From Fibrobacterota bacterium (GTDB lineage Bacteria; Fibrobacterota; Fibrobacteria; UBA11236): 20,802 nt of DNA. Made by a program: the position numbers and the translations under genes. Numbering within the stretch: the stretch's first letter is position 1; the number at the start of each line of letters is the position of its first letter. Positions 15,952 to 20,802 of this stretch are shown here, piece by piece. The notes under the pieces are model-generated. The model did not search any database, was not told where the DNA came from, and worked only from the letters and a program-made list of their open reading frames with translations. The DNA lies in NCBI GenBank assembly GCA_043753995.1, contig JAYUVP010000155.1:1-20802 (forward strand), given 5' to 3'.

Positions 15952-16935
15952 TCAAGTTGAAGATTTCAACACTTGCTTCAACAAATCTTCGGGTTTCAAG
16001 TTTTCAGCTTCTGCATGAAAATTCAAGTGGATGCGATGAGCCATGGTCGACAAAAAGAGAGACTGCAAATCCTCTTCTATGGGCATGGGTCGACCCCGCA
16101 ATAAAGCCCGCGCCTTGGCAGCCAATAAGAGATATTGAAGCGCACGAGGTCCAGCACCCCAACGCACGTATTTTTGGACCGTAGGCAGGGGATTATCCGC
16201 TGTAGGCCTTGTAGCCCTCACCCAGCGCACCGCCAGCTCAAAGACATGTTCTGGGATGGTCATTTTTAAGACGGCCTCCTGAAGGCCGAGAATGACTTGA
16301 GGCGAAAGGACCGCTTGAACCCGATTTTCCTGCTTTTGGGTATGCAGTTTGGCTATGGCCAATTCTTGGGCATGCGAGGGGTAATCAAGATGAATGCTGA
16401 AAAGGAATCGGTCTAATTGGGCTTCAGGCAAAGGATAGGTGCCTTCTTGCTCTATAGGGTTTTGCGTGGCAAGCACCATGAAGGGTTCGGCTAGGGTTTC
16501 GGTACGTCCGAATAGGGTGACGGTTTTCTCTTGCATGGCCTGCAAAAGGGCGGCCTGGGTTTTAGGCGGGGTGCGATTGATTTCATCAGCCAAAAGGATT
16601 TGCGTGAAAATAGGACCCTTCACGAAAACCCATTGCTTGTGGCCCGTAGCCCTATCTTCTTGCAAAACTTCATTGCCGAGTATGTCCGACGGCATGAGGT
16701 CGGGAGTGAATTGAATCCGCCCGAAAGGCAATTGCAAAGCCGAAGCGAAGGTCTGAACTAAAAGTGTTTTAGCCATTCCTGGAGGGCCTACGAGGAGCAC
16801 ATGGCCGCGGCAAAGAAGGCCTATCATGATTTTTTCAATCACGTCTTCTTGGCCGACTATCACCTTGCTGATTTCTTGAATCAGGGTGGCAAAATGTTGC
16901 TTGGCGTCGCTGATACCGGAAGGAGAGGATGTCAT
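15952..16935 (-). CDS. moxR: MoxR family AAA+ ATPase
   Basis: VIVGQ, GHVLLVGPPGMAKT (Walker A), RIQFTPDLMPSDI, LLADEINRTPPKTQAALL, ATQNPIEQEGTYPLPEAQLDRF, WGAGPRA. Start reassigned to ATG 16935. Confidence 0.93.
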   Translation of the reverse strand: MTSSPSGISDAKQHFATLIQEISKVIVGQEDVIEKIMIGLLCRGHVLLVGPPGMAKTLLVQTFASALQLPFGRIQFTPDLMPSDILGNEVLQEDRATGHKQWVFVKGPIFTQILLADEINRTPPKTQAALLQAMQEKTVTLFGRTETLAEPFMVLATQNPIEQEGTYPLPEAQLDRFLFSIHLDYPSHAQELAIAKLHTQKQENRVQAVLSPQVILGLQEAVLKMTIPEHVFELAVRWVRATRPTADNPLPTVQKYVRWGAGPRALQYLLLAAKARALLRGRPMPIEEDLQSLFLSTMAHRIHLNFHAEAENLKPEDLLKQVLKSST

Positions 16936-17044
16936 GACCGACAAATGTAGCAGCAAGGCTACCCTCGTACCTGAATAAACTGGCGAGACCCATGGGATAA
17001 GAGCCTTATGGACCTTTGGTTGGCTAGATGGTAAAGTCAAGTCA

Positions 17045-18088
17045 GTGGCGACTCGAAAAATCAAAGCAAAACCGGTTTTAGAATCGGGATGGGAGCATCT
17101 CCCCGACGAAAAGCTTTTACAAGTACGCATTCGTGATTTGGGTCTTTCCATCGCTGGCACGGTATTAGAAGGTCGTATCACTAAACTCAAGGAAGAATTG
17201 AATGCGAAGGGTTTGATCTTTCATCCTCCTTTTTATTTGGCGGACGAATGGCTTTGTCCCGATCAGGTGCCTATTATCGGCTTACCGTTTTACTTGACTC
17301 ATCCGCGGCTTATTGGTTTGGAAAAACGCATGATGCTGGAAGCGGAAGGAGAAAGCGAATCGTGGTGCATGAAATTATTGCGCCATGAAGCGGGACATGC
17401 TTTCAATTACGCGTACCGGTTATTTGCCCGGAAAGGATGGCAAGAACATTTTGGTGCTTTCGATACGCCCTATTTTGGCGCCACCTATGCGGCTAAGCCC
17501 TATTCCAAGCGCTATGTGATTCACTTGCAAGACAACTATGCCCAAGCTCATCCTGATGAAGATTTTGCGGAAACCTTCGCGGTTTGGCTGACTCCCGGTT
17601 TGGATTGGAAAACCCGTTATCAAGGATGGCCGGCGAAGGATAAACTCGAATACATCGATAGCTTGCTCACCGAAGTGGGAAGTCAAACGCCACGGGTGAA
17701 AAAGGTTTCCATGCCCTGGTCGGCAGCACGAATGACTTCGAGCTTGCAAGCCTTTTACGATCGCAAGCGCCGTTATCTTGGGTCGGAATTTCCCGGGTAC
17801 TATGATGCCGGCCTAAATCGTGTCTTCGCAGCTTCGGGGGATGGCGCAGTGAAAGCCTTGCCCTTTCTGCGCCGACACCGCAAAGCCCTTATCGACGGGG
17901 TTTCGCTTTTCGTGCCCCAAAGAAAATACGATGTCGACAAGCTCTATGAAAAATTAATGCTGCGAAGCAAAGGTCTCGATTTGCGTTTGCGTTTTTCACC
18001 GGAAGCCAGCTTGATGCGATTGACGGCTCTTATGGCTACGGTTTTGACTTCACTGCGAAGATTCAATGGAGTGCATGAAGGACAATGA
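17045..18088 (+). CDS. Putative zinc-binding metallopeptidase (zincin-like, ATP-grasp-associated)
   Basis: LLRHEAGHA (HExxH) and YAQAHPDEDFAETFAVWL; ATGA-coupled to the ATP-grasp gene. Confidence 0.85.
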   Translation: MATRKIKAKPVLESGWEHLPDEKLLQVRIRDLGLSIAGTVLEGRITKLKEELNAKGLIFHPPFYLADEWLCPDQVPIIGLPFYLTHPRLIGLEKRMMLEAEGESESWCMKLLRHEAGHAFNYAYRLFARKGWQEHFGAFDTPYFGATYAAKPYSKRYVIHLQDNYAQAHPDEDFAETFAVWLTPGLDWKTRYQGWPAKDKLEYIDSLLTEVGSQTPRVKKVSMPWSAARMTSSLQAFYDRKRRYLGSEFPGYYDAGLNRVFAASGDGAVKALPFLRRHRKALIDGVSLFVPQRKYDVDKLYEKLMLRSKGLDLRLRFSPEASLMRLTALMATVLTSLRRFNGVHEGQ

Positions 18089-19107
18089 ATCGCGGAAAGA
18101 AACTAAGAATAACGGCTATTGTCGAAGAAGCCGGCATACCCAAGGACGATCCAGAATTTCGGAATCGTCCCAAAGATCCTTCGATGGAACATGATGTTTT
18201 GCGTGCCTTGAGGCGCATGGGACATGAGGTTCAAGTGCTAGGGATATTTGATCGCATTGAACCCATGGTCGAAGGTATTGAAAAGAATCCGCCAGATTTG
18301 GTTTTTAATTTCGCGGAACAATTCGCCAATGATAGGCGGCATGATAAGAACGTCGCTGGCTTATTGGAAATGATGGATATTCCCTTTACTGGCACGGGAT
18401 CCGCAGGGCTTTTGCTTTCTCGTGATAAAGCCTTGGGAAAACAATTGCTTTCTACCGTTGGGGTACGGGTGCCTGGTTTTTGGGTATTTCCTTTTGGGCG
18501 AAATGTGCCAATACCCCGAAGCATGAATTATCCCCTGGTAGTGAAGCCGGCCTATGGGGATGGCTCCGAAGGTATTTCCAATGCTTCCTTGGTGCATGAT
18601 GACGGGGGATTACGGGATCGTATCGATATGCTTCATGAAAGGTTTCGTCAAGACGTGATTGCCGAGGAATATATCGAAGGTCATGAAGTCTATATCGGCG
18701 TCATGGGAAATACCCGCTTGCAGGTTTTGCCGCCTTATGAAATACGCTTCGGCAGTGAAGAGGCAGGGCCTGTGCTCGCGACTTATCGCGTGAAATGGAA
18801 TAAGTCTTATCGCGACAAGTGGAAAATCGAATTTGGATTCGCAGATTTACCCCGGCAATTGGCCGATCGCGTGGCGGGGGTTTGCCGCAAGGCTTATCGC
18901 TTATTGCAACTTCGAGATTATGCCCGCTTGGATTTGCGCATTACTCCGAGAGAAGAAGTTTATGTGCTGGAGGCCAATCCCAATCCGGACATCACCCAAG
19001 GCGAAGAAGTCGCTGAGGCGGCCCGCAAGGCTGGCATGAGCTATTCCCGTTTCATCAATCGTATTGTAAAACATGCTTTGTCACGGCATGGCCGGGCTTT
19101 GCAATAG
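18085..19107 (+). CDS. D-Ala-D-Ala-ligase-like ATP-grasp peptide ligase
   Basis: PDLVFN, IPFTG, DKALGK, YPLVVKP..GDGSEGI, AEEYIEGHE, DYARLDLR, VLEANPNP. Lacks the N-terminal GGxSxE of true Ddl. Confidence 0.88.
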   Translation: MNRGKKLRITAIVEEAGIPKDDPEFRNRPKDPSMEHDVLRALRRMGHEVQVLGIFDRIEPMVEGIEKNPPDLVFNFAEQFANDRRHDKNVAGLLEMMDIPFTGTGSAGLLLSRDKALGKQLLSTVGVRVPGFWVFPFGRNVPIPRSMNYPLVVKPAYGDGSEGISNASLVHDDGGLRDRIDMLHERFRQDVIAEEYIEGHEVYIGVMGNTRLQVLPPYEIRFGSEEAGPVLATYRVKWNKSYRDKWKIEFGFADLPRQLADRVAGVCRKAYRLLQLRDYARLDLRITPREEVYVLEANPNPDITQGEEVAEAARKAGMSYSRFINRIVKHALSRHGRALQ

Positions 19108-19548
19108 ATGCATGCGCAAGGCATAACCGTATTTGGTATAGATCGAAAAGGCGTTTTCATTGCCTGCGGCCACGGTAACGCGACGGGTAACGATATTTTC
19201 CGAAGCAAACCAGGCATGCATGGCTTCTATGAGCCTGGACCCCAACCCTTGACCTCGGGAATTAAGTTGCACATAGAGTGAGTCGATTTCTCCGACCCCT
19301 TGTGCGTCGATGGATGAGATGCCGAAGCCCAGCGGTGGGGATTTGGCTTCGGGTAAAGCGAGGAATAGGCGAAGCTTTACGGCATGGCGGGCTATGGAGG
19401 CCATGCGCTGATCAAAAGTGAACTCCCGGTAAAAGGCGGTGAAATGAGGGCTTAAAGAACCATGATGGCGATTCAATTCCTGCCATAGTGGGGCTATCGA
19501 GGATAGCAGTTCTTGTTGACCTGAGACGATGAGGGCATCGATATTCAT
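19081..19548 (-). CDS. GNAT family N-acetyltransferase
   Basis: GEIDSLYVQLNSRGQGLGSRL (acetyl-CoA-binding motif A) and VAAGNENAFSIYTKYGY. Confidence 0.9.
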   Translation of the reverse strand: MNIDALIVSGQQELLSSIAPLWQELNRHHGSLSPHFTAFYREFTFDQRMASIARHAVKLRLFLALPEAKSPPLGFGISSIDAQGVGEIDSLYVQLNSRGQGLGSRLIEAMHAWFASENIVTRRVTVAAGNENAFSIYTKYGYALRMHLLQSPAMP

Positions 19549-19606
19549 GCCTCGATGTTATAAGTTACTTAGAGTTCGAAAATCAAGTCTAATTTATTAA
19601 ACTAGG

Positions 19607-20080
19607 ATGTCGCCAATGACTGACACGGTTTCCGACCCCAAAGCTGTTTCTTTTGATCTCGTCAAACGCATAAGCCTAAAGCGGATAGAGGTGCAGGCTT
19701 ACTTGAAGAGGAGAGGGCCAAGGCGCCGATTATTGCTCAATATTTCTTTGATTGGGGGAAGCTTGTCGGCAATTCTGACTGCGGGACCGGCCATGGGCGG
19801 AAAATCCGTTACGACATGGTTGAGCCAAACGGCCAATCTCACCTCACCGTCTTGGCAATGGCTTTGCGGGATCGCTTCCTTGCTTTCCATCGTGGCGGCT
19901 ATTTCCACGCAATTATTAAAATCGCAACGACTCGAAGAGAATTTGGTAAAAGCGCAAGCCTGCGCGGCGAGACTCGAAGTGCTTGAAGTGAGTCTGGCCG
20001 CTCAGCAAATCGATTTGAAGCAAGCCACCACGGATTTCTTACAATGCGTCGAAGCGGTGGCTTTTTTACAGGGAGAATGA
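19607..20080 (+). CDS. Hypothetical two-TM membrane protein (SLATT-like topology)
   Basis: Basic helix, then TM1 LLLNISLIGGSLSAILTA, TM2 WLCGIASLLSIVAAIST, and a helical C-tail. Confidence 0.7.
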   Translation: MSPMTDTVSDPKAVSFDLVKRISLKRIEVQAYLKRRGPRRRLLLNISLIGGSLSAILTAGPAMGGKSVTTWLSQTANLTSPSWQWLCGIASLLSIVAAISTQLLKSQRLEENLVKAQACAARLEVLEVSLAAQQIDLKQATTDFLQCVEAVAFLQGE

Positions 20081-20100
20081 GAGGGCCTCAAGTCTCCCTG
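20069..20100. terminator. Hairpin between convergent genes (possible terminator)
   Basis: CAGGGAGA...TCTCCCTG 8-bp stem with an inner TGAG/CTCA stem. No clear U-tract in either direction. Confidence 0.35.
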
Positions 20101-20105
20101 AAGGC

Positions 20106-20744
20106 TTAGAATTTGTAGGCGATGCCGATATCCAGCAAGGCTCGGCCTAGACCCGTTTCGGCTTGACCTGCGAAATTGGGAGCGAACCAATAACGTGCGC
20201 CGACAGCGAACCCAGGGTAAATGGAATTGTTACCTGAAGACCGGTAGATGTTGCTTCCACTTCCTGTTGAGGAGGTAGACAATATGGTATAGCCGAGCGA
20301 TGCCGCACCGTAGGGATCCAGAGGGATCTTCACTTTTTTCATCCACATGGTCGGATGAAATGTTCCACGGAAAGCGATGCTCGTGTAAGAATAGGTGTAT
20401 TTGACAACGGAATAATCTTGTGACGAGCTGGTATATGAAAAAGTACCGCCCAAGGTCATGTACTTATGAAAGCCATAGTCCATACCCACGGTGAGCAAGG
20501 GGAAAGAGGTGGTTCCATAATAGCCGAAGCCACCTAAACCGATTTGCGCGAAAATGACTTTCTCTCCCATGGCATAGGGATCGCCGCCTGCGGTGGCAAA
20601 GTCGGAGGAAGTCTCGGTTGCCGGAGCAGGTGCAGTCGTAGGTTCTGGAGTCGCGGTTTGGGCAGAAGCCAGGCCCGAAGCAATTCCGATGGCGGCCAGG
20701 GCCACGGGCAGGCGGAAGGCGGATAAAAGGTTTTGGGTTCTCAT
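20106..20744 (-). CDS. Small outer-membrane beta-barrel protein (8-stranded type)
   Basis: Signal peptide ending ASA-Q, P/T/A linker, amphipathic strands (VGMDYGF, DPYGAASLGY, VGARYWF), C-terminal IGIAYKF; AAGGA RBS. Confidence 0.85.
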   Translation of the reverse strand: MRTQNLLSAFRLPVALAAIGIASGLASAQTATPEPTTAPAPATETSSDFATAGGDPYAMGEKVIFAQIGLGGFGYYGTTSFPLLTVGMDYGFHKYMTLGGTFSYTSSSQDYSVVKYTYSYTSIAFRGTFHPTMWMKKVKIPLDPYGAASLGYTILSTSSTGSGSNIYRSSGNNSIYPGFAVGARYWFAPNFAGQAETGLGRALLDIGIAYKF

Positions 20745-20802
20745 GGTGTTTTCCTTTTCGTGGAGTGGAGGGTAAGGTAGGTCAAAGTGAGTGAATTCAA
20801 AA

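Noticed and set aside
16936..17190. 85-aa N-terminal extension of MoxR
   Set aside because: Overlaps the divergent peptidase gene; MoxR similarity begins after Met at 16935.
18085..19107. Calling this gene ddl or a van-type ligase
   Set aside because: Lacks GGxSxE, has EANPNP, and has no cell-wall or van gene context.
2829..20775. Numerous short alternative-frame and antisense ORFs in the track (e.g. 2829..3470, 5977..6423, 10131..10640, 12444..12992, 15134..15520)
   Set aside because: They lie within or largely overlap well-supported genes and show no family motifs.

Overview
Bacterial chromosomal window; the gene families suggest Fibrobacterota (inference). From left to right: (i) A minus-strand operon with two paralogous Gfo/Idh/MocA oxidoreductases, a large outer-membrane beta-barrel-like protein, and a secreted ThuA-domain protein that runs off the left edge and is missing from the ORF track. 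A well-spaced sigma54 -24/-12 promoter lies upstream. (ii) A divergent three-gene module: a TIM-barrel (PEP-hydrolase-like) domain fused to a sigma54 activator, a Tm-1-like/UPF0261 protein, and a second, degenerate TIM barrel. (iii) A ~1050-aa calcineurin-like metallophosphoesterase, an exported pentapeptide-repeat protein and a beta-rich hypothetical protein, forming a candidate effector/immunity cassette. (iv) A DUF4399 lipoprotein. (v) An AT-rich ~420-bp intergenic region with clustered DnaA-box-like 9-mers and a run of DnaA-trios, a probable oriC with no dnaA in the window. (vi) A MoxR ATPase, a zincin-like peptidase plus ATP-grasp ligase pair, a GNAT, a 2-TM protein and a small outer-membrane beta-barrel. 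No rRNA, tRNA, CRISPR array or transposase was seen. All family calls come from motif recognition by eye, not from searches.
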